Assembly: GCA_038209745.1 (NCBI GenBank)
Contig: JBBQXJ010000041.1
Span: 1 to 39,770, forward strand
Direction of reading: 5' to 3'
DNA from: Verrucomicrobiota bacterium
GTDB lineage: Bacteria > Verrucomicrobiota > Verrucomicrobiia > Limisphaerales > CANJSG01
DNA length: 39,770 bases
Shown: one piece after another, positions 1 to 9,924 of the stretch
Layout of the letters: each line of letters starts with the position of its first letter
Position numbering within the stretch: the stretch's first letter is position 1
The notes under the pieces: model-generated
Told to the model about the DNA's origin: nothing
The model's database searches: none
Seen by the model: the letters and a program-made list of their open reading frames with translations, nothing else
Position numbers and translations under genes: made by a program

Positions 1-500
1 GAGAACACGGACACGATCCGGAAGGCGAAGGAGGCATTGCCGTCCACCCCCGGAACGGCGCTCAGATCGTAGTAGTTGTGGGTGACGCTGTTCTGTGGCG
101 CCAGCGCTCCGCCGTTGTTGTCGAACGTGACCCACACGGGCACGACGGCAGTCCGGTCCAGCGTGTATTGCATCTCGGACCAGCGGGACGCCTGGCCCGA
201 GGCCAGATGATCGTAGGACACGGTGATCAGATCGTAGCCCACGGTGCTGACGTCGAACTCCACGCCCGCCGTGCCGTTGGCCGTTCCCTGGGCGGGATAA
301 GTGGCCGTGTTCCAGCCGGTTCCACTGGTGTTGCTGTCCGCAAAACTGGCGGTGGTCCCGCCGATCAGAGAAGCGGTGCCCGCTCCGGTGGAAGGCGTGG
401 ACACACCTCCCTCGAAAGTCCATTTCGTGATGGTCTGGGCAGCGGAGGCGGAGCAGACCGCTCCGAGAGCAATAAGACAGACACTAGCGGATGTTTTCAT
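1..500 (-). CDS. Secreted Ser/Thr/Gly-rich protein, probably PEP-CTERM-type (partial; 3' end outside window)
   Basis: Not in the ORF track because it runs off the edge. Manual translation from the ATG at 500 is open to base 1: MKTSASVCLIALGAVCSASA (signal peptide) AQTITKWTFEGG...TASLIGGTTASF...GWNTATYPAQGTANGTAGVEFDVSTVGY...SRWSEMQYTLD...FAFRIVSVF. The C-terminal sorting signal is not visible. Confidence 0.8.
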   Translation of the reverse strand, partial: MKTSASVCLIALGAVCSASAAQTITKWTFEGGVSTPSTGAGTASLIGGTTASFADSNTSGTGWNTATYPAQGTANGTAGVEFDVSTVGYDLITVSYDHLASGQASRWSEMQYTLDRTAVVPVWVTFDNNGGALAPQNSVTHNYYDLSAVPGVDGNASFAFRIVSVF

Positions 501-608
501 GGGGTGTTGGATTTAAGAACGTTGCTTGGGTAGGCGGGTTCTCGGGCTGGCGGGGCATCAATGATGAACCTATGTTCAAACCCTAGATAAAATAGCCCCT
601 CCGACGAT

Positions 609-626
609 ATGGGGTGTTCTCCCAAT
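609..626 (-). promoter_or_regulatory. 18-bp upstream motif, copy A (ATTGGGAGAACACCCCAT on - strand)
   Basis: Matches the shared motif; 108 nt upstream of the minus-strand ATG at 500, same orientation as that gene. Confidence 0.6.
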
Positions 627-667
627 GCTATCCATAAAGCTAACCAGTAACGAGGCACTTTGGACTT

Positions 668-809
668 GGGAGCGCGCCCCTGGGCGAAGTGGACCGTGCC
701 CGAACGATTGATCGGAGATCCAGGAAGCGATTCACGGCGTGGTGTTTCCGGCCAATCCCGTATCCCGCGCGGGGCGCTCCGGACTACAGCCGGGGCGGCT
801 TCTATCCCC
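668..809 (+). repeat. Decayed ~143-bp intergenic REP/MITE-like element, copy 1
   Basis: Core 721-751 is 26/31 identical to 1670-1700; shared GGGAGCGCG start and TCCnGCGCGGGGC block at the same offset from the core. Confidence 0.7.
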
Positions 810-838
810 GTTTATTTCCGCTGCATCGTCCCGGCTTA

Positions 839-856
839 GTTCGGGTAACACCCCAT
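839..856 (+). promoter_or_regulatory. 18-bp upstream motif, copy B (GTTCGGGTAACACCCCAT)
   Basis: 90 nt upstream of the ATG at 947; -10-like TAAATT 21 nt downstream (878-883). Confidence 0.6.
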
Positions 857-946
857 AGAATCCTGCCCCACCCTCGCTAAATTTTGTAGCTCCAACGCCG
901 TGGAAACGACTCCACACTGGGAAACCATCAGAAGGAAAGAAGCGCT

Positions 947-1471
947 ATGAAGAACGAAACCAGGACCGTGAAACCGAGCACCAAAGGCACCGACTCCAAC
1001 CCGGATCCCATCACCGGCGCGCCCGGAGCCCATCCCGTCGGAACCGGGGTGGGCGCCACCGGCGGGGCCGTCGCCGGGGCCGCCGTCGGCGCCGTGGCCG
1101 GACCCATTGGGGCCGGGATCGGATTGGTGGCGGGCGCCATCGTCGGCGGATTGGCGGGCAAAGGAGTCGCCGAAAAAATGGACCCAACCGTCGAGAATGC
1201 CTATTGGAAGGCAAACTACTCCAAGCAGAAGTATGTGGATGCGGGCACGAAATTCGATGTCTTCCAGCCGGCCTACCGCGCCGGCTACGAGGGCCGAAAC
1301 AACTACCCTGGAAAGTCATACGAAGAGGTGGAAACCCTGCTCCAGCGCGACTACGAGAAGTCAAATGCGAACGTCGTTCTGCGTTGGGACAAGGCCAAAA
1401 AGGCGGCGCGCGACGCTTGGAACCGGGGAGAGAAGGCGGGCGAAAAGCGGGTCTTGTCGGCCACCACTTGA
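947..1471 (+). CDS. Glycine-zipper-containing conserved hypothetical protein
   Basis: 174 aa; NPDPITGAPGAHPVGTGVG, then GxxxG repeats (GGAVAGAAVGAVAGPIGAGIG...GGLAGKGVAE), then a DPTVENAYW...PAYRAGY...WDKAKKAARDAW domain; purine-rich leader. Confidence 0.85.
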   Translation: MKNETRTVKPSTKGTDSNPDPITGAPGAHPVGTGVGATGGAVAGAAVGAVAGPIGAGIGLVAGAIVGGLAGKGVAEKMDPTVENAYWKANYSKQKYVDAGTKFDVFQPAYRAGYEGRNNYPGKSYEEVETLLQRDYEKSNANVVLRWDKAKKAARDAWNRGEKAGEKRVLSATT

Positions 1472-1526
1472 ACGGCCGCAGTCCGCCCGTTGCCATGAGC
1501 CGCTCGAATGCCGAGGCTTCTTGATG

Positions 1527-1557
1527 GAGGCGGCGCCGACAGGTCGGCGCCGCTTTC
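1527..1557 (+). terminator. Strong hairpin (possible intrinsic terminator or REP-like palindrome)
   Basis: Perfect 11-bp inverted repeat GCGGCGCCGAC-AG-GTCGGCGCCGC (1530-1553) followed by TTT, about 60 nt after the stop at 1471. The U-tract is short. Confidence 0.4.
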
Positions 1558-1613
1558 ATCGTGGCAAGGATGCTGCGCGCCTCCGGTTCGCCGGAACGAC
1601 GCAGCTGGGATGG

Positions 1614-1757
1614 GGGAGCGCGACCGCTCCGGGAGCCGTGGGTCGCACCCTCACGGTCCCCGGCAGCCGCAGGAAACGATTCACCGCCTGGTGCATCCGG
1701 ACGCGTCCGGGTCCGGCGCGGGGCCACTGGCCGCAAGCCAGAGCGGGTGCGACACCC
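1614..1757 (+). repeat. Decayed ~144-bp intergenic REP/MITE-like element, copy 2
   Basis: Direct-orientation homolog of 668-809 with imperfect inverted termini (5' GGGAGCGCGACCGCTCCGG; reverse complement of the 3' end GGGTGTCGCACCCGCTCTGG). Confidence 0.7.
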
Positions 1758-1930
1758 GTTCATTTCCACCACATGATTGAGGCTGAGACGTGCCGCTCAA
1801 TAGGGACGTTTCGATTCCCCGGATAAGGGCATCTCCTCGTCACCAACCGAACGCCTCCTTCGCGGAAACGACACCGGCGGACAAGGCCCGGCCGTCGGAA
1901 GAAGACCGATCCTCTCTCCGCCGACGAGAC

Positions 1931-1948
1931 ATGGGGAAAAGACCGTAT
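1931..1948 (+). promoter_or_regulatory. 18-bp upstream motif, copy F (ATGGGGAAAAGACCGTAT)
   Basis: 104 nt upstream of the ATG at 2053; -10-like TAAGAT 21 nt downstream (1970-1975), the same spacing as copy B. Confidence 0.5.
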
Positions 1949-2052
1949 TTCGCCCCGCTCATTATGGCATAAGATAAAAATGGGATGAGCGGTTGCAAAA
2001 GGAACCCCGGGAACTGCAATCGGTCAAACTGAACAAACTTCTAATAACACCC

Positions 2053-2799
2053 ATGACAACCCTACTCAGAATTTCGGGACGGTCGGCCGCGATTCCAGCT
2101 GCGGCGGCCCTCTTGATCGGAGTGTTCGCGACCCAAGCCACGGTCGTGTCGACCCCGCCCCAAGTGTTCCACTTTGGACCGGCCGCCGACAATTTCATGG
2201 CATCTGCTTATCTGGCGGCGTTCGACCAGGCGGGCACCCTGCTCAGTGTGCATCTCGAACTCTCGGGCGAGGCGGCCTTCGTCATGACGGCCAGCTCGGG
2301 CGCCAATCCAGGCACGGTGTCGAGCATGACGGAGAAGTCGCTTTTTTCCCTGACGGGACTCCCATTTGCCACGCCGCTCGGGTCCGCATCTCCCACCTTC
2401 TCGGTGGCACCGTTCGCCTTGGCCCCCAACTCGTCTCGATCGATCAGCGGAACGGTCCTGGCTCCGCTGGTCTCATCCGACCTGACGGTGTTTCCCGATC
2501 TCAACGCCTACGATGTGTCCAAAGGCGCTCCGGCCCATCTCCCATTTCTTTTCAACAGTCTGGAGGAATTCTCCTTCAGCAAGACGGGCAGCGGCCTGTT
2601 TGGCGGTTCCGATGTCCTTGGACTTGGGACGGTCACGGCTTGGTATACCTACGAAAACTCCACCCATCTCGTCCCTCCGCCGCCTCCGACGGTCGTTCCC
2701 GAGATGAGCTCCGCCGTCTTTGCCAGTGCCTTCGCGTTGGTCGGGATAGTTCGGCTGGTGCGGGGCCGAATGAACCACGAGCCGCAATGCGAACGATGA
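2053..2799 (+). CDS. PEP-CTERM-type surface protein, choice-of-anchor E-like domain
   Basis: Signal peptide MTTLLRISGRSAAIPAAAALLIGVFATQA; LAAFDQAGTLLSVHLEL near the N-terminus; GTVTAWYTY, poly-Pro linker, then VPEMSS + hydrophobic helix + RLVRGR basic tail. ATG 2053 preferred over TTG 1993. Confidence 0.8.
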   Translation: MTTLLRISGRSAAIPAAAALLIGVFATQATVVSTPPQVFHFGPAADNFMASAYLAAFDQAGTLLSVHLELSGEAAFVMTASSGANPGTVSSMTEKSLFSLTGLPFATPLGSASPTFSVAPFALAPNSSRSISGTVLAPLVSSDLTVFPDLNAYDVSKGAPAHLPFLFNSLEEFSFSKTGSGLFGGSDVLGLGTVTAWYTYENSTHLVPPPPPTVVPEMSSAVFASAFALVGIVRLVRGRMNHEPQCER

Positions 2800-3203
2800 A
2801 GCAGCTGATTCGAATCCTTCTTGCGGATGACGATGGCCCGATCCGCCGGATCATCAGCTGGGGTCTCCGGAGAGAAGGCTACCAAGTGGAGACCGCCGAA
2901 GACGGGGCCGACGCATGGGTCGCCCTGAAAGATCGGGAGTTCGACCTGCTCGTCACCGACAACCACATGCCGAAAATGTCGGGTATCCAACTGCTGCGGT
3001 TGATCAGGACGGCCCGGATGGTGATCCCGGTGGTCATGATCACGGGCTATTTTTCCCCGGATCAGTTCGGCCGCGACCCCGCGCTCCTTCCGACAGCCGT
3101 GCTCCAGAAGCCGTTCGAGATCACCGAACTGTTGGCGACGATCAGAAGCATCGAAGACTCGATCTCCGAGGGCCGCCCGAAAACCGCATTGCCTCAATTC
3201 TAA
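2796..3203 (+). CDS. Single-domain response regulator (CheY-like receiver)
   Basis: ILLADDD, DLLVTDNHMP (phosphoacceptor Asp), MITG, LQKPF; ATGA overlap with the upstream stop; no output domain. Confidence 0.9.
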   Translation: MKQLIRILLADDDGPIRRIISWGLRREGYQVETAEDGADAWVALKDREFDLLVTDNHMPKMSGIQLLRLIRTARMVIPVVMITGYFSPDQFGRDPALLPTAVLQKPFEITELLATIRSIEDSISEGRPKTALPQF

Positions 3204-3249
3204 TCGGATTCCCCAAAGATCCACACACCCGTCGAACGGGGGTCGAATC

Positions 3250-5604
3250 ATGAACGCCAACCATAAAAACTGGCAACGGCACAATGGGCAGGCCCTCATG
3301 AAGGAGTCGCTGAGCCAGTCGGAACTGACCTACCGTCGGCTGTTCGAGGCGGCCCAGGACGGAATCCTGATCTTGGACGCGACCAAAGGACGCATCACGG
3401 ACGTAAACCCGTTCATGGAAAAGATGCTGGGGTTTTCCCATGAAGAGATGGTCGGCAAGACGGTCGGCGAACTGAGCCCGTTCAAGGACATCGTGTCCAA
3501 CCAGGAGATGCTGGAGCGCCTCCAAGCAGACGGCTACGTCCGCTATGACGATCTTCCCTTGGAAACGAGGGATGGCCGCCATATCGCCGTCGAGTTCGTC
3601 AGCAACGTCTATCAGGCGGGGAACCAACGGGTGATCCAGTGCAACATCCGCGACATCACCCGACGGAAAAAGACCGAGGAGCGGCTGTCTCTGCTCCATA
3701 CCTGCATGGCCAATCTGAATGAAATCGTTCTGATCACCGAGGCACGACCATTGGACGAGCCCGGACCCAAGATCGTTTTCGTCAACAATGCGTTCGAGCG
3801 GATCACGGGGTTTTCTTCGGACGAGGCCCTCGGGCGGAGTCCCCGGTTTCTCGAAGGCCGGGATACCGATCCGACAGTGCTCGCCGAGATTCGCGAAGCC
3901 ATGAGCCGGCATCGACCGATCCGAAGGCAGGTCCTCAACTACAGGAAAGACGAGGGCGAATACTGGCTGGACGTCGACATTGCCCCCATCCACAACGCGA
4001 AGGGAATATGCACCCACTTTGTGGCGATCGAGCGCGACATCACCGAGGAGAAGAACAACGCGGAACAGCTCCTCTGGAAAAGCGCCCTTCTGGAATCGCA
4101 GCTGGAGTCCTCGATCGACGGTATCCTGATCGTGGACAACTCGGGCCAACAGGTCGTCCAGAACCGAAGGATGGCCACGCTGTGGCATATTCCTCCTACG
4201 TTGGCCGAAACCAAAGACCAGGTCCTACAGCTCGAGTTCGTGAAGAACCGGGCCAAAGACCCGGCGGCGTTCATTGCAAAGGTGAACCATCTCTACGCCC
4301 ATCCAGAGGAGGTGGCCCAGGATGAGATCGAGCTGATCGACGGCACAATTTTGGATCGATACTCGGCCCCGATCCACGACAAGGCCGGAAAGCGCTACGG
4401 CCGGATCTGGTCCTTCCGGGACATCACCGAGCGTCGCAAGCTGGAGGCGAGGTTCCTCACGGCACAGAAGATGGAGTCGATCGGTCGACTGGCCGGGGGC
4501 ATCGCCCATGATTTCAACAACATCCTGACCGCCCTCATCGGCAACCTCGATCTTGCCTCCATGGAAGCCACGGGAAACACGCCTCGGATAAACCACTTGG
4601 CCGAGGCGTCGAAAGCCGCCAAACGAGCCACGGATCTGGTCAAGCAGATCCTGACCTTCAGCCGGGTTAATCCTCCCGACCGTGAGGCCGTCGTACTCAA
4701 CGACGTCGTTCTCGAGGCTCTCAGCCTTCTGCGGGCCAGCCTCCCAGCGGCCATCCGGATCCAGACCCAGTTTACGGCGACCCCGCCAGTATTGGCGCAT
4801 CCCACCGCGATCCATCAGGTGATCATGAACCTGGGCACCAACGGTTGGCATGCCATTGGCGAAAAGCCGGGCACGCTGAAGGTGGAGATAGGCGTCGTCC
4901 AAGTGGACGCCGATCTCGTCAAACAGCTTCCCGGGCTGGGGCTGGGCCCCCATGTCCGGCTCTCGGTGAGCGATACCGGATGCGGCATGGACAAGGCGAC
5001 GATGGACCGGATCTTCGAGCCGTTCTTCACCACCAAAGGCATCGGCCGAGGCACCGGTTTGGGACTGGCAGTGGTGCATGGGATCATGAAGAGCCACAAC
5101 GGCACCATCTCGGTCTACAGCCGCCCGAACGAAGGAACCACTTTCCGCCTTTATTTTCCGGCACTGGAAGGAATGACCGCCGTCAGCGAAGCCGAAGCGG
5201 GCCCGATCCCGCAGGGACACGGGGAACGCATCCTATTTGTCGACGACGACACCATCCTGGCCTCTCTCGGGAAAATGATCCTCGAACGCCTTGGCTATTC
5301 GGTGACCGTGACGACCACCGCACCGGAAGCCCTCGAAGCCGTTCAGATGGAGCCGAGCGCGTTCGATCTGGTCATCACCGATCTACACATGCCCGTGATG
5401 AATGGAACAACCCTGGCCGCCAGCCTCTTGAAGCTCCAGCCCAAGCTCCGGATCATCCTGACCACCGGAAAGAACGGCAGCATGCCACCCGAGGAAATCG
5501 AGAGCCTTGGCATCTGCGAGACGCTGGACAAGCCCTGCTCCATTCGAACAATGGCCGAGGCAGTCCACCGCGCACTTTCCTTCGGAACGGCCAAAGCCGC
5601 CTAA
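3250..5604 (+). CDS. Soluble 3xPAS hybrid sensor histidine kinase with C-terminal receiver
   Basis: Three PAS/PAC units each ending RDIT; H-box [12 protein letters not shown] boxes (MNLGTNG, VSDTGCG, FFTTKG, GTGLGL); receiver ILFVDDD...VITDLHMP...KP; no transmembrane segment seen. Confidence 0.95.
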   Translation: MNANHKNWQRHNGQALMKESLSQSELTYRRLFEAAQDGILILDATKGRITDVNPFMEKMLGFSHEEMVGKTVGELSPFKDIVSNQEMLERLQADGYVRYDDLPLETRDGRHIAVEFVSNVYQAGNQRVIQCNIRDITRRKKTEERLSLLHTCMANLNEIVLITEARPLDEPGPKIVFVNNAFERITGFSSDEALGRSPRFLEGRDTDPTVLAEIREAMSRHRPIRRQVLNYRKDEGEYWLDVDIAPIHNAKGICTHFVAIERDITEEKNNAEQLLWKSALLESQLESSIDGILIVDNSGQQVVQNRRMATLWHIPPTLAETKDQVLQLEFVKNRAKDPAAFIAKVNHLYAHPEEVAQDEIELIDGTILDRYSAPIHDKAGKRYGRIWSFRDITERRKLEARFLTAQKMESIGRLAGGIAHDFNNILTALIGNLDLASMEATGNTPRINHLAEASKAAKRATDLVKQILTFSRVNPPDREAVVLNDVVLEALSLLRASLPAAIRIQTQFTATPPVLAHPTAIHQVIMNLGTNGWHAIGEKPGTLKVEIGVVQVDADLVKQLPGLGLGPHVRLSVSDTGCGMDKATMDRIFEPFFTTKGIGRGTGLGLAVVHGIMKSHNGTISVYSRPNEGTTFRLYFPALEGMTAVSEAEAGPIPQGHGERILFVDDDTILASLGKMILERLGYSVTVTTTAPEALEAVQMEPSAFDLVITDLHMPVMNGTTLAASLLKLQPKLRIILTTGKNGSMPPEEIESLGICETLDKPCSIRTMAEAVHRALSFGTAKAA

Positions 5605-5687
5605 TCGGCTCCGGCCGTGTCGGAGAAATTCGCGCCAGAGAAACCCTCTGGGGCGCAGCACGACACTGGGCCTGCCAAAAGGGAACA

Positions 5688-5705
5688 GTGGGGAGAACAC
5701 CTTAT
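5688..5705 (+). promoter_or_regulatory. 18-bp upstream motif, copy C (GTGGGGAGAACACCTTAT)
   Basis: 14/18 identical to copy A; 71 nt upstream of the ATG at 5777. Confidence 0.55.
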
Positions 5706-5776
5706 GGTCTTCCGGCGCCGTTCCTCGACAAGGTGGCCTATAACAGTTCCTAAACCACTCCACCCCCAAAACTACC

Positions 5777-5974
5777 ATGTCTCTCACGTCCGTCGTAATA
5801 ACCTTGATCGTCGTCGGTGTGCTCCTCTGGCTGGTGAACACCTACATCCCGATGGACGCGAAGATCAAAAAAATCCTCAACGTGGTGGTCGTGATCTGTG
5901 TCGTCATCTGGCTGCTCTCCGCGTTTGGCGTCATCGGTCGCTCGGGAGACATCCGTATTCCCCAAGTCCGTTGA
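5777..5974 (+). CDS. Small two-helix membrane protein, Thivi_2564 family-like
   Basis: 65 aa: VVITLIVVGVLLWLVNTYIPMDAKIKKILNVVVVICVVIWLLSAFG matches the pattern I recall for this family. Confidence 0.85.
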   Translation: MSLTSVVITLIVVGVLLWLVNTYIPMDAKIKKILNVVVVICVVIWLLSAFGVIGRSGDIRIPQVR

Positions 5975-6237
5975 CCTGGAAAACGGAACAAAGCCCGGCA
6001 ATCTCATCTCCGATATGAGGTCCCTACATCCCCGCTGCGCCGCCGCGACCGCGAAAAAAAAGGGTCGTCCTGGGGCATTTCTTCGTTGCCTCCTTTCGCT
6101 GGAGCATCCAAGCCCCCATCCTGTCCGAAACCGCCCTCGCGATGAACCGGTTCGGGCAGAGACAAGTCTCACGGAGTGACGCCGATGGACGAGGCTCTCC
6201 TGCGAGCCCATGCTGCGAATATCGGAAACCAACGAAC

Positions 6238-6450
6238 ATGATGACACCTCCGCCCAAAGGGCTGCCCGGCGCAGTCGCGAGATTTAAAACTGCACTCGGC
6301 GGCCTGTTCGGAGGGGTCGGTCGTCTCTTTCATTCCAAACAGGAAAACGTAGACCGGACCGCCGGAATTCTAGGAGCCCGAAAGCTGCAGGCCATGGAGG
6401 CCGAACGGCTCGACCGTCTGCGAAACCCGGGAAACTACCGGGGCAAGTAG
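6238..6450 (+). CDS. Small hypothetical protein (C-terminal EAERLDRLRNPxxYRGK)
   Basis: 70 aa from ATG 6238 after an A/C-rich leader; amphipathic N-part and charged C-terminal motif. Start is uncertain. Confidence 0.55.
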   Translation: MMTPPPKGLPGAVARFKTALGGLFGGVGRLFHSKQENVDRTAGILGARKLQAMEAERLDRLRNPGNYRGK

Positions 6451-6589
6451 CTCCCAGAAGACGCGTCGATGCGCAGTCACGAAACCGGCCTGCCTCGTTC
6501 CGGAAGCCATTGACCGGTTTTCACCCGTTGCGACCGGGTTTGCAGGAATCGCCTCGACGGCGAGGCGCTCCGAGGAATCTATCCGACGC

Positions 6590-7918
6590 CTACAGGCCTT
6601 TTGTTTCCCAGCCCTTGCGGTAGGTCCGCCGCACATGTCGGTTGGCTTCGGCGACGTTGGTGAACTTCAGGTTCCGTGCGTCCCAATCCAGCGTCGTCTT
6701 CGGGTAGTAGGTCGCCACGCTGCCCAGCAGCACCGATTCGGTGAGAGGGCCGGCGTAGTCGAAGTTCGCCGAGGTCTTGCCGATGCCGCGGACCGCATCC
6801 ACGAACTGGTGCCAGTGGTCGGCGCCTTCGACGGCGGGGACCGCGAAGTCCTTGAACTTCGCATCCGGCAGCAGGATGGGCGGGGCGATGTGCGGGATGA
6901 CCATGACGCCATCGGTGCCGATGAGGATGGAGCCTTGATCGGGCAGCTCCCGGCCGGCGAGCAGGGCCGTGATCTCGGCGGGCGGACGCTGGTGGCCGTC
7001 ATACCATGTCACCTGGATCGGGCCGGGCACGGTGAACGGCGTGGCGGGAAAGACGTAGTGGATCACCGCGTTGGTCGCCCACGAATGGGCGTTCGGCGGC
7101 GCGCCTTCGCTCCGGACCGAAACGGGAGCGGTCAGCGCGAGCGCCTTGAAGACAGGGTCGAAGATGTGGCAGCCCATGTCGCCGAAGGTGCCGGTGCCGA
7201 AGTCGAGCCGTTTGCGCCAGTTCCCGGGATGGTACCAGCCGTCGCCGATGAACGGCCGGTCGGCGCAGACGCCCAGCCAAAGGTCCCAGTTGAAGTTGCC
7301 CGGCACGGGGTCGTGGCGTTCCGGCATGGCGCCGTTGTCGCCCCATTCCTTGCTGCTCCACGTGTGGACCTCCTTCACCTTGCCGATGGCGCCGCTCTGC
7401 ACGAGCTGGACGGCGAGCCGATATTCCCTGGCCGAATGGATCTGGATGCCCATCTGGGTCACGAGCTTCTTCTCGCGGGCGAACTCGGTCAGCCGGCGGG
7501 TCTCGTAGATGTCGTGGGTCAGCGGCTTCTGCCCGTAGACGTTGATGCCGCGCTGCATCGCCGCCATCGCGATGGACGCGTGCATGTGGTCGGGCGTGGA
7601 GACGTTCACCGAGTCGGGCTTCTCCTTTTCGAGCAGCACCCGGTAGTCGGAATACACCCGCGCGTCCGGGAACTTCTTGCGGAACTCCAGAGCCCGGTCC
7701 GCGTCCACCTCGGCGACCGCAACGATCTTCACCGCCTTGTGCGACGCGATGGAAGTCAGGTCGGCCCAGGCCATCCCCGACGCGCCAAAGCTGGCGTGCA
7801 GGACCTGGCCGGACGGCGGGTTCGCGAGGAGATTCCGCGTGATGAACGGCATGGCGAACGCGCTGGCGGCGCCGAATTTGAGGAACGATCTTCGTGAAAA
7901 GCGGTTCGGATTCTTCAT
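6590..7918 (-). CDS. Tat-exported Gfo/Idh/MocA family oxidoreductase
   Basis: SRRSFLK twin-arginine signal; VSTPDHMH, YGQKPL, QMGIQ, WDLWLG, GTGTFGDMGCH motifs. Confidence 0.92.
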   Translation of the reverse strand: MKNPNRFSRRSFLKFGAASAFAMPFITRNLLANPPSGQVLHASFGASGMAWADLTSIASHKAVKIVAVAEVDADRALEFRKKFPDARVYSDYRVLLEKEKPDSVNVSTPDHMHASIAMAAMQRGINVYGQKPLTHDIYETRRLTEFAREKKLVTQMGIQIHSAREYRLAVQLVQSGAIGKVKEVHTWSSKEWGDNGAMPERHDPVPGNFNWDLWLGVCADRPFIGDGWYHPGNWRKRLDFGTGTFGDMGCHIFDPVFKALALTAPVSVRSEGAPPNAHSWATNAVIHYVFPATPFTVPGPIQVTWYDGHQRPPAEITALLAGRELPDQGSILIGTDGVMVIPHIAPPILLPDAKFKDFAVPAVEGADHWHQFVDAVRGIGKTSANFDYAGPLTESVLLGSVATYYPKTTLDWDARNLKFTNVAEANRHVRRTYRKGWETKGL

Positions 7919-8354
7919 GGTGATGTGGGTGGAAGTCGGTCAGGAGACGAAGAGGAAGGCCTCGCTCTTCAGCGGCGCCCGGCAAAAGAACGGGAGATTC
8001 TTCGCCCGGATCAATCGGGCTGCGGCCAAAGCCTCGTCGGCCCACGGGAGCGGCCGGACGCGACCTGGATGCGGGGATTGCACGGCGGGAAATTGGCCGT
8101 CGCCGCCGTCGATGGCACGCGAAATCTAAGGGGCCCATCTTGGTCGGCCGGCACGACACCATTGCTTCCCGAAGAAGCAACGCGGCGACAAGCCACCCGG
8201 CCCCGAGCGACCTTTTGCCGGAAACCCAGGCCGCAGGGAGTTGGATCGAATCCGCATGGACGGCGCGGCAAGCCCGAAAACACCGGGGCCGAGAACGGAG
8301 CGAGGAATTCTGCTGCCGGCTGCTGGAGAGCCAGTCGCAAAGCGGCGCCAGGAG

Positions 8355-9866
8355 CTACCGCGGCTCGCGGGTCGGAATTTCGTTCAACCAATAGTAGGCC
8401 TCGGGGTGGAGGAGCGGTTTCCCTTGGGCCGACTTCACCCCGGGCAGTTTCAGTTCGTGGATGTGTCCGGGGGTGAGCTTGACCTTGAGCCGGACGCTCC
8501 TGCCGTCCGCGCCGACGGTGGCGGATTCAATGGGCGGTTTCTCGCGGTCGACTTCCGGGGAACCGTAGCTCGCCTGGTAGATGTAGGTGTAGTTCTCGAA
8601 CGTGTAGGCCGCCACGTCGCCGGCGGTCCCCGGGTCCACGGGTTCGGTGAAGGTCAGCTCGAAGCCGTCGGGTTCGGCGTGCATCTCGTGGATCTCGAAC
8701 GGCGTCCGGCCGCTCCAGACGATGCGCTGGAGGGCAAAGGGTTTGCCGCCTCGTGCGCCCCAACCACGGTCGGTGCCGCCCGCGAAGAGCGAACCGTCCG
8801 CGGCAAACTCCAGGCTCAGCGTGCCGGAGTCCAGTCCCTCACGGAAAGGGAAGCACGCGCCTTGATAGACGCCGTTCACCTTCTCCAGGTAGACGCGCAT
8901 CACGGTGCTCCAGGTCTGGTCGCCGACGAAGAGCTGGTTGGCGAACGGGCCGAACTTGCCGCCCGAGAAATCGTTCGCGATGCCCGAGGCGCTCTGGCCC
9001 ATTTTGTTGTAGGGAAAACCGATCGCCGGGGGGACGAACTCCTTCATCTTGGCGCGCTCGGCGGCGATGCGGCTGTTGCTGGACGGCTCCTTCGGGGCCG
9101 GACCGAGATTCGTCGCGAGCGAATACCATTTGAAGCCCGACGGGTTGCCGTTGAAGCCGCCCGGCACCAGCGGCTTGAGCCAACAGGTGCCGTTCCACGG
9201 ACCCTGGTTGTCGGTGTAGAACATGTCGCCCAGATGGTTCGTGGCGATGCCGCCGGGTGACCGGATCCCGCTGGCCGAGGGGATGACCTTGCCTTCCGGC
9301 GTCACGCGCAGGGCCCAGCCGCGGAACTCGTTTTCGCTGGTGAACGATCCGGTCAGACAGAGCACGACCCAGATGTTGCCGTCGCGATCGGGCTTCGAGC
9401 CGAAGGCGTATTCGTGGTAGTCGCCGCCGATGCCCCAGCCGTCGGCGAACGTCTCGAACTCATCCGCCCGACCGTCGCCGTCCGTGTCCCTGAGCCGGGT
9501 GATCTCGCCCCGCTGGGTGGCGTAGAACCAACCGTCCTTGCCCTGGAACAAGCCCAGCACCTCGTGAAGCCCGGAGGCGAACCGGGTGAACTTCGCCTTG
9601 GCCGGCGGGTTCTGAAACGCCCCGTCGACGAAGTAGATGTCACCGAGCCGCGTCGAGACGGCGAGCCGTTGGTTCGGCAGGGCGGCGATGGCGCCGGCTT
9701 CCAGCACGATGCCCTCGGGAATCGGCACCGTGATCAGCGGATAGAACTCGGCTTCGCGCTCGGCCGTGGACGCGCCCAAGGCGCCGAACGACCCCCATCC
9801 GAGGGCCAAGAACCAGACCGAGCAGACAACGGTCGAGGACCGGCGAATGAAGTGGGGGAGTTTCAT
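8355..9866 (-). CDS. Secreted beta-propeller protein (sorbosone/glucose dehydrogenase-like, PVC cytochrome partner)
   Basis: Signal peptide from [57 protein letters not shown] blocks. Confidence 0.75.
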   Translation of the reverse strand: MKLPHFIRRSSTVVCSVWFLALGWGSFGALGASTAEREAEFYPLITVPIPEGIVLEAGAIAALPNQRLAVSTRLGDIYFVDGAFQNPPAKAKFTRFASGLHEVLGLFQGKDGWFYATQRGEITRLRDTDGDGRADEFETFADGWGIGGDYHEYAFGSKPDRDGNIWVVLCLTGSFTSENEFRGWALRVTPEGKVIPSASGIRSPGGIATNHLGDMFYTDNQGPWNGTCWLKPLVPGGFNGNPSGFKWYSLATNLGPAPKEPSSNSRIAAERAKMKEFVPPAIGFPYNKMGQSASGIANDFSGGKFGPFANQLFVGDQTWSTVMRVYLEKVNGVYQGACFPFREGLDSGTLSLEFAADGSLFAGGTDRGWGARGGKPFALQRIVWSGRTPFEIHEMHAEPDGFELTFTEPVDPGTAGDVAAYTFENYTYIYQASYGSPEVDREKPPIESATVGADGRSVRLKVKLTPGHIHELKLPGVKSAQGKPLLHPEAYYWLNEIPTREPR

Positions 9867-9924
9867 CGTATGAGGAGAAAAAGTTGAGGATGGGACTTCG
9901 GTCATCGGTCTTGGGTCGTTCCGT

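Noticed and set aside
499..508. AACACCCCAT half-motif overlapping the start codon of the first gene
   Set aside because: The left GG half is absent; explained equally well by the C/A-rich start context seen at other genes.
78..533. Plus-strand 151-aa and 71-aa ORFs
   Set aside because: The minus-strand frame from ATG 500 gives a signal peptide and a coherent protein; these ORFs are its shadow.
7919..8354. 436-nt intergenic gap with several short ORFs and GC-rich partial palindromes
   Set aside because: No ORF with protein-like features and no clear repeat or RNA structure I can support.
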